64,000 nt of DNA from a bacterium (GTDB lineage Bacteria; Patescibacteriota; Dojkabacteria; JAKAPS01; JAJZLI01), in the NCBI GenBank assembly GCA_021810605.1, contig JAJZIL010000003.1, forward strand, positions 214-64,213. Direction: 5' to 3'. Position 1 is the stretch's first letter. Every line of letters begins with the position of its first letter. The notes beneath the pieces are model-generated. The model was not told the origin of the DNA, ran no database searches, and saw only the letters and a program-made list of their open reading frames with translations. The position numbers were made by a program, and so were the translations under genes. This document shows, one piece after another, positions 1 through 10,960 of the stretch.

Positions 1-42
1 AAGGGTATTGTAGCTAAATTTATAATTATTCTGTAATATATA

Positions 43-1368
43 ATGAAAAATTTTATTAAAAAAAACCTTTTTATCAAAATACTCTTAGGTATATTTGTTG
101 TTGTGATATTATATTTTGGATATAGAAACTTTTTTATATCTAAGATAAAAACTACTAAATTGTATACAGTTAGAACTGGAAATATAAATCAAGATGTTTC
201 TGCAGTAGGAAATGTAGTTTTTAGTAATATGACTGAGTTAAATTTTCCTATATCAGGAAAGTTATCTCAAGTATATGTAAAAGATGGAGAAAATGTACAA
301 ACTGGACAAAAACTTGCTTCACTTACTACGACAACACTCTCCCAGAATGTTCAAATAGCACAAAATAATTATGATATAGCACAACAGAAGATAAATGCAC
401 TTTATGCTCAGGCTAGTCAGGATGTACAATCTGCCCAGAATGCTTTATCTCAAGCTCAATCAACACTTAATACTGATCAAGCAACTTTAAATTCTACTCC
501 TTCAACATCTTCTAATTATCAAGTTTTAGTATCAAAAGTACAATCAGATAATACACAAGTCACAATAGATCAAGAAGATCTTTCTTCTGCACAATCTGAA
601 CCATTTTCATATGATCTTTTACCATTAATTGATGCTAAGAATATAGCATATATAAATCTTGAACAGGCACAAAATGCACTTTCGCAAGCGACATTAGTAT
701 CTCCTATATCAGGGACAGTAATATTTTTATCAGCAATAGCTCCAAATGAGCAAGTTAGTGCGTCATCACAAGGAGGATCTGAAGGAATCTCATCTGCACA
801 AAGTGGAGTTTCAAATGTTGTTGGAAATTCTTTTATTACAATTGCAAATACTCAATCTTCTCAAATCTTTGTCTATGTGGATGAAAGTTCAATTGCACAG
901 GTATCTATTGGACAAAATGTAAATATTACTCTGACTGCATATCCAAATCAAACTTTTCAAGGAACTGTTAGCTCTATAGAACCATCTTCTACTATTATTC
1001 AAAATGTTGTAAATTATGGTGTTACAATAAATATTAAAAATGCACCTAGTAATATTAAATTAGGTATGAGTGCTAATGTTAATATAATAACTACAAATGC
1101 TAGTAATGCCATTCTTATTCCTAATTCCTCATTAGTTTATACTACAAATGGAAAAACTATAGTTATATTAGATAAAAATGGAAAGTATATTCGTAGGTTA
1201 GTAAAAGTTGGAATTAGTAATATATATTATACTCAGATAACTTCAGGTCTTTCCAAAGGAGATAGGATTGTTATAAATGGAAATAGTTCATTTAAGATAA
1301 ACTCTACAGGAGGAAAAGGATATTTTGGAGGAAAGGGAAAGGGTATTGGAAAGCAATTAGGACTATGA
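43..1368 (+). CDS. HlyD-family periplasmic adaptor (MacA-like) of a tripartite ABC efflux system
   Basis: N-terminal TM anchor; long Q/A/L-rich coiled-coil region; C-terminal beta-barrel-like segment; 4-bp overlap with the downstream ABC ATPase gene. Confidence 0.6.
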   Translation: MKNFIKKNLFIKILLGIFVVVILYFGYRNFFISKIKTTKLYTVRTGNINQDVSAVGNVVFSNMTELNFPISGKLSQVYVKDGENVQTGQKLASLTTTTLSQNVQIAQNNYDIAQQKINALYAQASQDVQSAQNALSQAQSTLNTDQATLNSTPSTSSNYQVLVSKVQSDNTQVTIDQEDLSSAQSEPFSYDLLPLIDAKNIAYINLEQAQNALSQATLVSPISGTVIFLSAIAPNEQVSASSQGGSEGISSAQSGVSNVVGNSFITIANTQSSQIFVYVDESSIAQVSIGQNVNITLTAYPNQTFQGTVSSIEPSSTIIQNVVNYGVTINIKNAPSNIKLGMSANVNIITTNASNAILIPNSSLVYTTNGKTIVILDKNGKYIRRLVKVGISNIYYTQITSGLSKGDRIVINGNSSFKINSTGGKGYFGGKGKGIGKQLGL

Positions 1369-2054
1369 TAACTTTGAAGGGCATATATAAAATATATGGT
1401 GATACTGAAAATGAAGTTATAGCACTAAATGGTATAGACCTTAAAATAGAAAAAGGAGAATATGTAAGTATTATGGGAGCTTCTGGATCTGGGAAGTCTT
1501 CTTTAATGCATATAATGGGTTTATTAGATAAGCCTACAAAAGGTGAATATATTTTGGATGGAGTAAATACTCAAGATATAAAAGAGAAAGACTTATCTTC
1601 TGTAAGAAATAAATATATAGGTTTTGTATTTCAGGCATTTAATCTACTTACACGGACCACAGTGATAGATAATGTAACACTTCCTCTTCTTTATAGAGGA
1701 GAAAGTAAAGATACATCAGAAAAAAAAGCAATGGAGATACTTAAAAAACTAGGTATTGATAAAAGAGCATATTTTAAAACAAATCAAATATCGGGTGGGC
1801 AACAACAACGTGTTGCTATAGCAAGAGCCTTAATACAAGATCCAACATTAATATTAGCAGATGAACCAACAGGAAATGTAGATTCAAAATCTACTTTAGA
1901 AATTATAAAAATATTACAAGATTTGAATGATGAAGGTCATTCAATAGTTATTGTTACTCATGAAGAGGATATAGGAGATAGAGCAAAGAGGAAAATACAG
2001 CTTAAAGATGGTTATTTAATAGATGATAGGATTATAAAACAAAATAGACTATGA
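1365..2054 (+). CDS. ABC transporter ATP-binding protein, MacB/LolD-like
   Basis: Walker [11 protein letters not shown]-loop; ABC signature [15 protein letters not shown]; Walker [13 protein letters not shown]-loop VTHEE. Confidence 0.85.
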   Translation: MITLKGIYKIYGDTENEVIALNGIDLKIEKGEYVSIMGASGSGKSSLMHIMGLLDKPTKGEYILDGVNTQDIKEKDLSSVRNKYIGFVFQAFNLLTRTTVIDNVTLPLLYRGESKDTSEKKAMEILKKLGIDKRAYFKTNQISGGQQQRVAIARALIQDPTLILADEPTGNVDSKSTLEIIKILQDLNDEGHSIVIVTHEEDIGDRAKRKIQLKDGYLIDDRIIKQNRL

Positions 2055-3280
2055 CTTTTAAAGATTTTTTCAACATAGCATTACATTCTTTAACTATTAA
2101 TATAGGAAGAACTATTTTATCTGCCTTAGGGATAATAATAGGAATAACTTCAGTTATAGCTTTAATTTCAGTAGGACAAGGAGCTCAATCAAAGATAACT
2201 CAGAATATTCAAAATTTAGGTTCTAATATTATTATAGTTACATCTGGAAATGCAAAAGTAGGTAATGTAAGACAAGGAATTGGGACAGCAGGAAATTTGA
2301 ATCAGAATGATCTAATAGCTCTTCAGAGTAGAACTAATACTCCTGATGTTGCTGCAGTATCTCCTGTTATAAGTAAATCAGGAGAATTGATATATAAGAA
2401 TCAAAATGCAGTAACTTTAATAGAGGGTGTTACTCCATCAGCTCAAGAGGTAAATAATATTACTATGAGTAAAGGTTCTTTTATTACAGAACCAGATATT
2501 AAAGATAATTTACCTGTAATTGTACTAGGACCTACTGTTGTAGGAGAATTATTCCCAAATTCTAATCCAATTGGAAAAGTTATAACTATTGGTAATACGT
2601 TATTTACAGTGATTGGGGTAACTCAATCAAAAGGATCTTCAGGAGAAGGGTCATTTAATCAAGATAATCAAGTAGCTATACCTATAACAACTGCACAAGA
2701 TGAATTATTTGGAAATATTGGTTATAGTACAATCACAATGCAAGCTAAAAGTGCTGCTGATATGAATAAGGCTACTTCAGAGATAGAAAATACTCTAATG
2801 AGAGTACAAGGAATTACTAATATGAATCAAGCTAATTTTAATATTACTAATCAGACCCAGATACTTACAACTTTGAACTCTGTAACAGGAACATTTACTC
2901 TTCTTTTAGGAGGAATAGCAGGGATCTCACTTATAGTAGGAGGTATAGGAATTATGAATATTATGCTTGTATCTGTAACAGAAAGAACAAGAGAAATAGG
3001 TTTAAGAAAAGCTATCGGTGCAAAAAATAGTGATATATTATATCAATTTTTAATGGAAGCAATTTTAATAACCATTATTGGAGGTATTGTAGGACTTTTA
3101 ATAGGTATATTCATTGATTATATTATTGCTATTTATATAATAAAAGTTCCATTCATTATCTCTTCAATTGCAATAATATTATCTATAACAGTCTCTATCT
3201 CAATTGGGATAATATTTGGTATTTTTCCTGCATATAAAGCATCCAGACTCTCTCCTATGGAAGCTTTGCGATATGAATAA
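2051..3280 (+). CDS. ABC transporter permease, FtsX/MacB-type
   Basis: N-terminal TM; large periplasmic domain; C-terminal cluster of 3 TM helices; translationally coupled to the upstream ATPase. Confidence 0.75.
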   Translation: MTFKDFFNIALHSLTINIGRTILSALGIIIGITSVIALISVGQGAQSKITQNIQNLGSNIIIVTSGNAKVGNVRQGIGTAGNLNQNDLIALQSRTNTPDVAAVSPVISKSGELIYKNQNAVTLIEGVTPSAQEVNNITMSKGSFITEPDIKDNLPVIVLGPTVVGELFPNSNPIGKVITIGNTLFTVIGVTQSKGSSGEGSFNQDNQVAIPITTAQDELFGNIGYSTITMQAKSAADMNKATSEIENTLMRVQGITNMNQANFNITNQTQILTTLNSVTGTFTLLLGGIAGISLIVGGIGIMNIMLVSVTERTREIGLRKAIGAKNSDILYQFLMEAILITIIGGIVGLLIGIFIDYIIAIYIIKVPFIISSIAIILSITVSISIGIIFGIFPAYKASRLSPMEALRYE

Positions 3281-3376
3281 ATAATATCAAATATTTTATC
3301 TCTTACTATTTTAGAAAATTTGAATACCATACTTTATTTGTTTAATAATCTTATATTAATATATCATAATTGATTT

Positions 3377-3727
3377 TTATATTTTGTTTTTTCTTTTATA
3401 AAATTTATTATGAAATAGACCAAAAGCTAATCTATTTTCTTTTTTATATATCATAGGTGTTCCTATTGGAGATTTACATTTACTACATTTTAGTTGAGGG
3501 ATCTTATTAAATTGTAAATACTGTGAAAATTCTTTTGGGTATATTATTCTATCTAAATAACATCTAAATAAATTACCCCTTCCATCTTTTTGATAAAAAA
3601 GTACTTCAGAATTACAATTAGCACAATAAATTGTAATCATTTCAGCTATTCCTCCACGAGATTTCCTATATGAATCCATTATCATATCTTTTTTCCTTAT
3701 AATTGGAGGATTCCAAGAAAAGTTCAT
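3377..3727 (-). CDS. hypothetical Cys-rich (zinc-ribbon-like) small protein
   Basis: CANCNS...CxLxxKCSKCKS motifs; no recognised family. Confidence 0.3.
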   Translation of the reverse strand: MNFSWNPPIIRKKDMIMDSYRKSRGGIAEMITIYCANCNSEVLFYQKDGRGNLFRCYLDRIIYPKEFSQYLQFNKIPQLKCSKCKSPIGTPMIYKKENRLAFGLFHNKFYKRKNKI

Positions 3728-3732
3728 ATATT

Positions 3733-4551
3733 TTATGGAGTATCAGTAGGATCCCAGCAAGTACGTAAATTTTTATCTAAATTTTCTATCATATTCATAT
3801 CTTCTTTATCTAAAGAAAAATCAAATACTTCAAAATTTTGTTTAATTCTATTATTATTATTGGATTTAGGAAGAGGTATTAGTCCTTTTTCAATACACCA
3901 ACGTATCATGATTTGTGCAGTAGATTTATTATGTTTTTCTCCAATTTTAATCAAAGTTGTATTATCTAACCCTTCTCCATGAGCAAGAGGCGAATATGCT
4001 TCTATTACTATATTATTTTGTTTACAATATTCTATTAAATCAGGTTGTTGTAAAAACACATGTAACTCTACTTGATTCAAAACTGGTTTTATAGAACATT
4101 CAGATAAAAGCTCTTTTAAGTGAGTGATAGTATAATTACTTACTCCTATTGATTTAGCTTTTTTAGCTTTATATATCTCTTCCATTATAATCCAAGCTTT
4201 TTTTCTATATTCTGTTACAGGAAAATGAATAAGAAGTAAATCTATATAATCAGTCTCAAGTCTTTTTAAAGATTCATCAAAACTATTTTGTAATCTATCT
4301 TCACTAAGATTTTCTGTCCATATCTTAGTTGTAATAAATATATCTTTTCTTTGAACTCCACTTCTTTTTATGGCTTCTCCTATAAACTCTTCATTACTAT
4401 ATGCTTGAGCAGTATCAATATGACGATATCCAATATCTAGAGCATATTTTACTGTACTAAAACATTCTTTTTTATCTTTATTTAACCAAGTTCCTAATCC
4501 TATTTGAGGAATAGTTATTCCATTATTTAATTTAATATTTGCTATATCCAT
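3733..4551 (-). CDS. aldo/keto reductase family oxidoreductase
   Basis: GLGTW motif near N-terminus; IDTAQAY catalytic Tyr context; LLLIHFP and VSNY motifs typical of AKRs. Confidence 0.8.
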   Translation of the reverse strand: MDIANIKLNNGITIPQIGLGTWLNKDKKECFSTVKYALDIGYRHIDTAQAYSNEEFIGEAIKRSGVQRKDIFITTKIWTENLSEDRLQNSFDESLKRLETDYIDLLLIHFPVTEYRKKAWIIMEEIYKAKKAKSIGVSNYTITHLKELLSECSIKPVLNQVELHVFLQQPDLIEYCKQNNIVIEAYSPLAHGEGLDNTTLIKIGEKHNKSTAQIMIRWCIEKGLIPLPKSNNNNRIKQNFEVFDFSLDKEDMNMIENLDKNLRTCWDPTDTP

Positions 4552-4659
4552 GAATTATCATTATTTATATAATACATATATTATAATGAAATTAAATCCT
4601 AATTAATATTCCTATAATATAGTTATATTTACCATAGACGTTATTAATGTTATAATCTT

Positions 4660-6321
4660 TTGCATAAAAATATTAATAATATGGAAAAAGAAAGAGAAGT
4701 ATATATAAAATATGATAGACATATAGAAGAAGCTATAGATAGAGTTAGTTCTATGGATGAGGTTGTTTTAGAAGGATCTTATTATTCTTTAAAAAGAAGG
4801 ATTATAGATTCATCATTCCCTGTTACTGCAAGTTTAGTTAGTACAATAATGTTTGAGACAGAGAGAAAAACTGGATTATCTAAAGAAATAGTTTCTCAAT
4901 ATGCTTTGTCTATAGGGGTTACTGCATCTTTATTAGCATCTGGAGTAATAACTTTAGAAAGAATAAGGAAGAGATTTAAAAATAGTAAATATTCTCCGAA
5001 TGAATCTTATTTAGTAGAGTCTAATTCTCTTATAGCAAGTAAATTTGGAATTATTCCAAAAACTGATATAAATACAGCTTCTTTAGCACAAAAAATCTTA
5101 GTACATGAATCAATTCCAGATGAAAATTATTTTTATAATACTAATATATTAGAAGAAGAAAAATATATTCCATATAACATATCCAGTATTGAATTTGTAG
5201 ATATAGTAAATGAATATATTTCAGAAATTGAAGATCTCCCAGAAGATTTAATACTTTTTATACAAATGTCTAGAAATCTTTTTGATTATAGTTTAACTAA
5301 GAATGAATTTATTAAAAAAATTTTTTTGTATATAAAGAAAAATTTAGATGATACTAGTATACATAATAAAGATTTAATAGAGAGTGCTAAAACTATTTTC
5401 TCTAACTTATCTTTTTTATATTATCTTGGAGAAAAGAATAATTTGGAAAGGATTATTAAAAGTGATGATGATAAGTCACTAGGATTTGATAAAGATCTTG
5501 AAGAAATACTACTTTTAAATTTAGAGAAAAAATATACTTTTAAGAAATATATTGATAATTTTTTAGATATTAAGTTAGATGATTATAATTTATTAGATAA
5601 AATTAATACTTTAAGTAAGGAAGATCTTTCTGAGATTAAAACTTATTCTTGGGGTGTATATTTAATAGTAAAAAGGTTAATGAATATACAGGGTTATCCT
5701 AATGATGATGATGATGTATATCTTTTTCATAAATTCTTATATAAAACTATTCTTAAAAATCATTTTTATAATAAAAAAAATGGAAAAGATATTTTATATG
5801 AATATTACTTAACTCAGAATATATATGATTTAGTAAAGTCTGATCCTGATAATTTATCTAAAGATAAAATAAAATCAAGAATAATGATACTATCAGAATC
5901 TAAACTATTAGAACAATTAAATCTATATTTATCTCAATTTATTAATTTTTCCCCTGAATATAGATACCCATTAGATAAGCATATTTATATGATAAATGAA
6001 GATACATTAAAAGATGTCCTTAATATAATATTATTCAGAAAATTTTCAATAATTGAGCATAATAATAAATTTAAGAATAGATTTCTTACTAAAGATGGTA
6101 TTGATAATAATAAATTAAAATTTGCATTAAAAGTATTAAAGGATTATGCAAGATTTTCTAAAAAGGAATATCCTGATTTGTTTAAAAGCTTAAAAGATGA
6201 AGTTATAAAAGAAGGAATAAAAGATAATAGAAGAAAGATTTTAAAAAGTGAAGAGTTTTATTTGTTTTCTAATTCTGCTTTAGGGATAATAGCTGCTTTA
6301 GCTCCAATTATTATAAAGTAA
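4660..6321 (+). CDS. hypothetical protein (553 aa)
   Basis: Long uninterrupted ORF, K/D/E-rich, no recognised motifs; short hydrophobic C-terminus. Confidence 0.4.
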   Translation: MHKNINNMEKEREVYIKYDRHIEEAIDRVSSMDEVVLEGSYYSLKRRIIDSSFPVTASLVSTIMFETERKTGLSKEIVSQYALSIGVTASLLASGVITLERIRKRFKNSKYSPNESYLVESNSLIASKFGIIPKTDINTASLAQKILVHESIPDENYFYNTNILEEEKYIPYNISSIEFVDIVNEYISEIEDLPEDLILFIQMSRNLFDYSLTKNEFIKKIFLYIKKNLDDTSIHNKDLIESAKTIFSNLSFLYYLGEKNNLERIIKSDDDKSLGFDKDLEEILLLNLEKKYTFKKYIDNFLDIKLDDYNLLDKINTLSKEDLSEIKTYSWGVYLIVKRLMNIQGYPNDDDDVYLFHKFLYKTILKNHFYNKKNGKDILYEYYLTQNIYDLVKSDPDNLSKDKIKSRIMILSESKLLEQLNLYLSQFINFSPEYRYPLDKHIYMINEDTLKDVLNIILFRKFSIIEHNNKFKNRFLTKDGIDNNKLKFALKVLKDYARFSKKEYPDLFKSLKDEVIKEGIKDNRRKILKSEEFYLFSNSALGIIAALAPIIIK

Positions 6322-6326
6322 AGATA

Positions 6327-7673
6327 TCATTCTATATTATTTATTGAATTTGCAGGGACTTCCTTACTTTTTCTTACAGAGATAATAGTGATTCCTATAA
6401 TAGTTATTCCTCCAAAAACTATTAGAGCTATTCCTGTAGAAAAGTATCCTGCAATTTCTCCAAATATAAATGCTCCAATTGGAGTTGTTCCTCCCATTAA
6501 GAGGATATATATCGCCATTACTCTACCTCTTAATTTATCAGGAGTTATTAATTGTAGTAGAGTATTTGTACTAATTGCTGCTATTATTCCTGAAAATCCA
6601 GCAATAGCAAGTAAAATAAGACTTAATATATAAGACTTAGTTAATCCTAGTAATAGAAGACAGATTCCTAAAGCAATTCCTCCCCATATTATTTGTTTAT
6701 CACTAGTATTATTGTTTCTAGTCTCTATAATTGCACCTATAAGGGATCCTGCTCCAAGGGCAGACATAAGGTCTCCAAACTCAATTACTTTTTGATGAAG
6801 AGAATATCTTGCAATTAAAGGAACAGCTACTTGCCAGTTAAATCCTAAAAGTCCAATAATACCAAAAAGTAATATTATCTTCTGTATAGATATATTTTCA
6901 AAAGCATATTTTAATCCTTCAGAAAGATCATGTAGAGAAGATTCTTTTTCTTTTAGATATTCTCTAGTGATTGTATATGCAGGTTGTATAATTATAAGTA
7001 CAATAATAATAGGAATATAACTTATGGCATTTAGAAAAATTGCTCCTGATATTCCCCATAAAGCTATAGCTAATCCCCCTATTGCTCCTCCTATCATTCT
7101 AGATGTATTAAATTGAACACTATTTAGTGCTATTGCATTTGGGACTAGTTCTCTTCCAACCAGTTCAGGAACAAATGACTGTTGTGTAGGGCCATTTAAG
7201 GCATTAGTTGTTCCTAATAGTAAAGCTAGGATTCCTACTTCTATTATTGTTATATTATGAGTATAAACAAGAATACCTAATATAATTGCTTGTATAACTA
7301 ATACTATTTGAGTAAAAATAAGAAGTTTTTTTCTAGGAAGTCTATCTGCAATTACTCCTCCAAATAAAGAAAATAGAAGTATAGGTAAGAATTGGAGCAT
7401 TGTAATTATACCTAAATCAATAGCTGAGTGTGTTAAATTTAAAATTAACCAAGATTGTGCTATTGCTTGAGCCCAAATTCCAATTCCTGATAAAAATTGA
7501 GTGATCCAATACCAAAGATAATTTCTTATCTTAAAAGCTTCTAACATATCTTTTAAAGATCTTTTTTTTCTATTTCCATGTATTTGAATATTAGAATCAG
7601 TCAGATCATATTCTTTTTTATTATCCATAATTATAATTTCATAATTGTATAGTACAACATATATAGATATCAA
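6327..7673 (-). CDS. MFS transporter
   Basis: About 12 predicted TM helices; MFS-like GxLaDRxgRrk-type loop (GGVIADRLPRKK) between TM2 and TM3. Confidence 0.75.
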   Translation of the reverse strand: MISIYVVLYNYEIIIMDNKKEYDLTDSNIQIHGNRKKRSLKDMLEAFKIRNYLWYWITQFLSGIGIWAQAIAQSWLILNLTHSAIDLGIITMLQFLPILLFSLFGGVIADRLPRKKLLIFTQIVLVIQAIILGILVYTHNITIIEVGILALLLGTTNALNGPTQQSFVPELVGRELVPNAIALNSVQFNTSRMIGGAIGGLAIALWGISGAIFLNAISYIPIIIVLIIIQPAYTITREYLKEKESSLHDLSEGLKYAFENISIQKIILLFGIIGLLGFNWQVAVPLIARYSLHQKVIEFGDLMSALGAGSLIGAIIETRNNNTSDKQIIWGGIALGICLLLLGLTKSYILSLILLAIAGFSGIIAAISTNTLLQLITPDKLRGRVMAIYILLMGGTTPIGAFIFGEIAGYFSTGIALIVFGGITIIGITIISVRKSKEVPANSINNIE

Positions 7674-7846
7674 CTTATATAAGTTGAATATTCTAGTTAA
7701 TGCCTATTTAATAAGATTTTATGATATAATGGTAATTATACAAATATTTACTTAACTCTATATCAAAAGATTTCAGCAAATTTTATTTTAACAAATTATA
7801 TTATAACTAATATTCATTCATTAATTTATAGAAGAAGTATACAAAA

Positions 7847-8890
7847 ATGATTAAAACAAATAAATATATTGAAATTGTGACTTCTTCTAATGTAATGTTT
7901 AGCTCTATGAGTAAAGAATCATACAATAATATATATAATGTTTTAGAAAAATATTATAAAAAGGTAAGAATAAGTTTAATTGATAATATTAATGATCTTG
8001 AAAAATTAGTTTTGAAAAGACCTGATTTGGTTTTTTTAGGAATTAAATTTTTACCATCTGATATTAAATTAGGATTAGAAGACCCTAATAAAATATGGAT
8101 AAGTTCATATCTTGATAGATATGGTATAGAATATACTGGGTCTGGTAACATTACACATAATTTAGAATTTAATAAACATTTAGCAAAACAATGTGTAATA
8201 GATGCAAATCTTAGTACTTCTGCATTTCATGTTATAGATAAAAATCAGAAAGAAATTAATAGAGAGAGTATATCTTTAAAATTCCCACTTTTTATAAAGC
8301 CTACAAATAGAGGTGGAGGAATTGGTATAAATGATAAATCTGTTGTTCATAATATTAAAGATTTAAGAATAAAAGTAAGATCAATATCTAATAATTTAAA
8401 TTCAGATTCTCTTATAGAGGAATATTTACCAGGAAGAGAATTTAGTGTTGCTATTCTTAAAAATTATAGAAGTAATAAATTTTCAATTATGCCAATTGAG
8501 CTAATTGCTCCTAAAAATGATACTGGAGATAGACTTTTAAGTAAAAAAGTAAAATCTTTAAATTTAGAGTCTGCAATTAAGGTTACTGATAATAATATAA
8601 AAAAAAGAGTAAGTAGTATAGCTATAAGTATTTTTTCTGCTCTATCAGCAAGAGATTATGGAAGAATTGATATAAGATTAGATAAATTTGGGAATCCTCA
8701 ATTTCTAGAAGCAAATCTCATACCAAGTTTAATTGAAGGATATGGTTCTTTTCCTAAAGCATGTATGATTAATCTAGGTCTAAATTATGAATATATGATT
8801 CTTTCAATTGTAAGACTTGGTTTGTCTCGTAAATCTAAGATATCAGATGAGAGTGTTTCTATAAAATCATTTGTCAATCAAAAGAATTAA
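7847..8890 (+). CDS. ATP-grasp domain protein, D-alanine--D-alanine ligase-like
   Basis: FPLFIKPTNRGGGIGI (ATP-grasp Gly-rich loop); EEYLPGREFSVAIL resembles the Ddl central motif. Confidence 0.5.
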   Translation: MIKTNKYIEIVTSSNVMFSSMSKESYNNIYNVLEKYYKKVRISLIDNINDLEKLVLKRPDLVFLGIKFLPSDIKLGLEDPNKIWISSYLDRYGIEYTGSGNITHNLEFNKHLAKQCVIDANLSTSAFHVIDKNQKEINRESISLKFPLFIKPTNRGGGIGINDKSVVHNIKDLRIKVRSISNNLNSDSLIEEYLPGREFSVAILKNYRSNKFSIMPIELIAPKNDTGDRLLSKKVKSLNLESAIKVTDNNIKKRVSSIAISIFSALSARDYGRIDIRLDKFGNPQFLEANLIPSLIEGYGSFPKACMINLGLNYEYMILSIVRLGLSRKSKISDESVSIKSFVNQKN

Positions 8891-8895
8891 AGATT

Positions 8896-9771
8896 TCAGA
8901 TTTGGAATTCTCCTTGTTGATAAATATTGTCAAGTACCCAATCAAAGTTCCCAGATATTATTTTAGATTTACAATACTTACATTCTCCAAATTCATTAAT
9001 ATCAATTGGGGCACCACAGTTAGGACAAGTTTGAGTAATAAATCCTTTAGAATAATCTGATTGAACATTTTTAGATCTAATAAATTCCCAATACTCAGTA
9101 AATCTCCCATTAATAAACTTATTTCCACTAACAACTTTATTTGTATCTTTATTTATCTCATAATCTTTCATAGAAGCATCTATCTGGACAGTTAAATACT
9201 CAAAATTATTATCTATATTACATTTAACTATTTTTAATCCTCCAATAGCTATATTTTCTAGTACATCTTGTTCATTTTTCTGTATTAATTCTGATATTTG
9301 GGTTTGTAATCTAGTATACATACTTTCTGTCAAATAAGCTTGAATAGTTGTTATATCTGAAGAAGTCCAAGCTTGTTGGAATTTAAAGAATAGACTTTGT
9401 ACATGATCTAAAAATCTTTGTTTTGCAAAATTAGGATCAAGATTAGTTAATTGAGTTATATCTGCTTCCTGAAAAAAAGAATTTTCCTGAATTCCCATAG
9501 AATTTTCATTAATAAGAGTATTAATATCATTAACTATTCCTTGATTTGCTCTAGGATTTCTTTTATTTATAATAAATATTACAATTATTATAAATATAAC
9601 TACTACTATAAATATTATAATACTTAAAGGTGATAAATGAGTATTAGTTGTAATTCCTGATCCATAGTATATACCAGAGGAATGTCCTCCATAAGATAAA
9701 CCTCTGCTACTGAATCCTGAAGAGAAACCTTCTCCTCCTCCAAATCTTGTTAAAATAACGTACTTATTCAT
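8896..9771 (-). CDS. membrane protein with Gly-rich N-terminus, one TM helix and C-terminal zinc ribbon (Tim44-like domain possible)
   Basis: G/S-rich N-terminus; hydrophobic stretch IIIFIVVVIFIIIVIFII; C-terminal CPNCGAPI...CKYCKS; 4-bp overlap with the upstream SPFH gene. Confidence 0.4.
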   Translation of the reverse strand: MNKYVILTRFGGGEGFSSGFSSRGLSYGGHSSGIYYGSGITTNTHLSPLSIIIFIVVVIFIIIVIFIINKRNPRANQGIVNDINTLINENSMGIQENSFFQEADITQLTNLDPNFAKQRFLDHVQSLFFKFQQAWTSSDITTIQAYLTESMYTRLQTQISELIQKNEQDVLENIAIGGLKIVKCNIDNNFEYLTVQIDASMKDYEINKDTNKVVSGNKFINGRFTEYWEFIRSKNVQSDYSKGFITQTCPNCGAPIDINEFGECKYCKSKIISGNFDWVLDNIYQQGEFQI

Positions 9772-10721
9772 ACTAAATTAGTTCCACAATTAGAACAGAA
9801 TTTTGCAGTTGATAGATTTTCTGTTTGACAATTTTTACATATTATCATTTGTGCTTGTTGAGATTGACTATTTTGATTCATCATATTATTCATCATTCCA
9901 AAACCTATACCAGCTGCAATTCCAGCTCCAGCAATAGATGCATTTCCAGATGAATTTTCAAGGCCAGTAGCGGCCCCCATCTTTACTGCAGTATCAGCAA
10001 GATTAGGAGTATTATTGTATGCTATATTTCTTCTCATCTCCTTAAGAGTAGTTTCATCTTCAGGTTTTAAAGTGACAGTTAAATTTCCTAATTGAGTAAT
10101 TTCAATTCCATAATTTAAAAGATATTCCTTTGTTTGAGAAATAATTTCAGAAGATAAATCATCAATTTTTGATGCAATACCCAATATATCCCACTTATCA
10201 TTGGTAATGTGATTAGATATTATCTCTCTAGTAGCTTTAAGTAATTGATCTGAACTCCAATTTGATATTTCATCATTAGAGAGTAAATTCTGTGTTCCTA
10301 CAAAATTAAGTATTAATTTTGTAGAATCATTTACTTTAAGAGCAAATTCTCCAAAAACTCTAAGACCAATAGCAAGAGTTGTTTGAGGATCTACTACGTT
10401 ATCTAAAAATCCACCAAAATTAAAATTAGGAAATTCTCTTATAGAGATAAAGTATACATCTGATATTAGTACATTTCCTCCAGTGACAGTATCAATAAGT
10501 CCTCCTAAAAATGGTATATTTGCACCATCAAGTCTATGTTGTCCTTGTTCTATTATTCCTGCTACTACACCCTGTTTTATAAATAAACAAATCTCATCTG
10601 GCTGTACAGTTAAAACTGAAAGCATTCTTATATTATTATCTGGATACTTATATATGATCTGATCTTTACTATTATCAGGTCTTGCTATAAATTGTTCTTC
10701 TATAGGATTAAATAATGACAT
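9768..10721 (-). CDS. SPFH/band-7-like domain protein with C-terminal zinc ribbon
   Basis: N-terminal region resembles SPFH (Band_7_1) proteins of the YdjI type; C-terminal CKNCQTEN...CSNCGTNL zinc ribbon. Confidence 0.45.
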   Translation of the reverse strand: MSLFNPIEEQFIARPDNSKDQIIYKYPDNNIRMLSVLTVQPDEICLFIKQGVVAGIIEQGQHRLDGANIPFLGGLIDTVTGGNVLISDVYFISIREFPNFNFGGFLDNVVDPQTTLAIGLRVFGEFALKVNDSTKLILNFVGTQNLLSNDEISNWSSDQLLKATREIISNHITNDKWDILGIASKIDDLSSEIISQTKEYLLNYGIEITQLGNLTVTLKPEDETTLKEMRRNIAYNNTPNLADTAVKMGAATGLENSSGNASIAGAGIAAGIGFGMMNNMMNQNSQSQQAQMIICKNCQTENLSTAKFCSNCGTNLV

Positions 10722-10960
10722 AATTTAAAATATTATATAACAATTTTATAATTATGTATATAAACTAAAAACTTATTCTAAATTTTAAATTATATGTAAG
10801 ATAAAAATAATCTTATTCCAACACTTCCATATCAAAAATATCATTAAAATCTCTAATTTTTTCATTAGGATAAAGAAGTAATATATAGCTATCATAGGTT
10901 GACAATATTCATCATCTAAGACTACTAATATAGAAAACCTCGATATTTTATAAGAATATT

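Noticed and set aside
3133-3330. 65-aa minus-strand ORF
   Set aside because: It overlaps the 3' end of the FtsX-type permease antisense, and there is no supporting evidence.
6388-6633. 81-aa plus-strand ORF
   Set aside because: It lies antisense inside the well-supported MFS transporter gene and is Pro/Ile-rich junk from the complementary strand.
7954-8151. 65-aa minus-strand ORF
   Set aside because: It lies antisense within the Ddl-like ATP-grasp gene.
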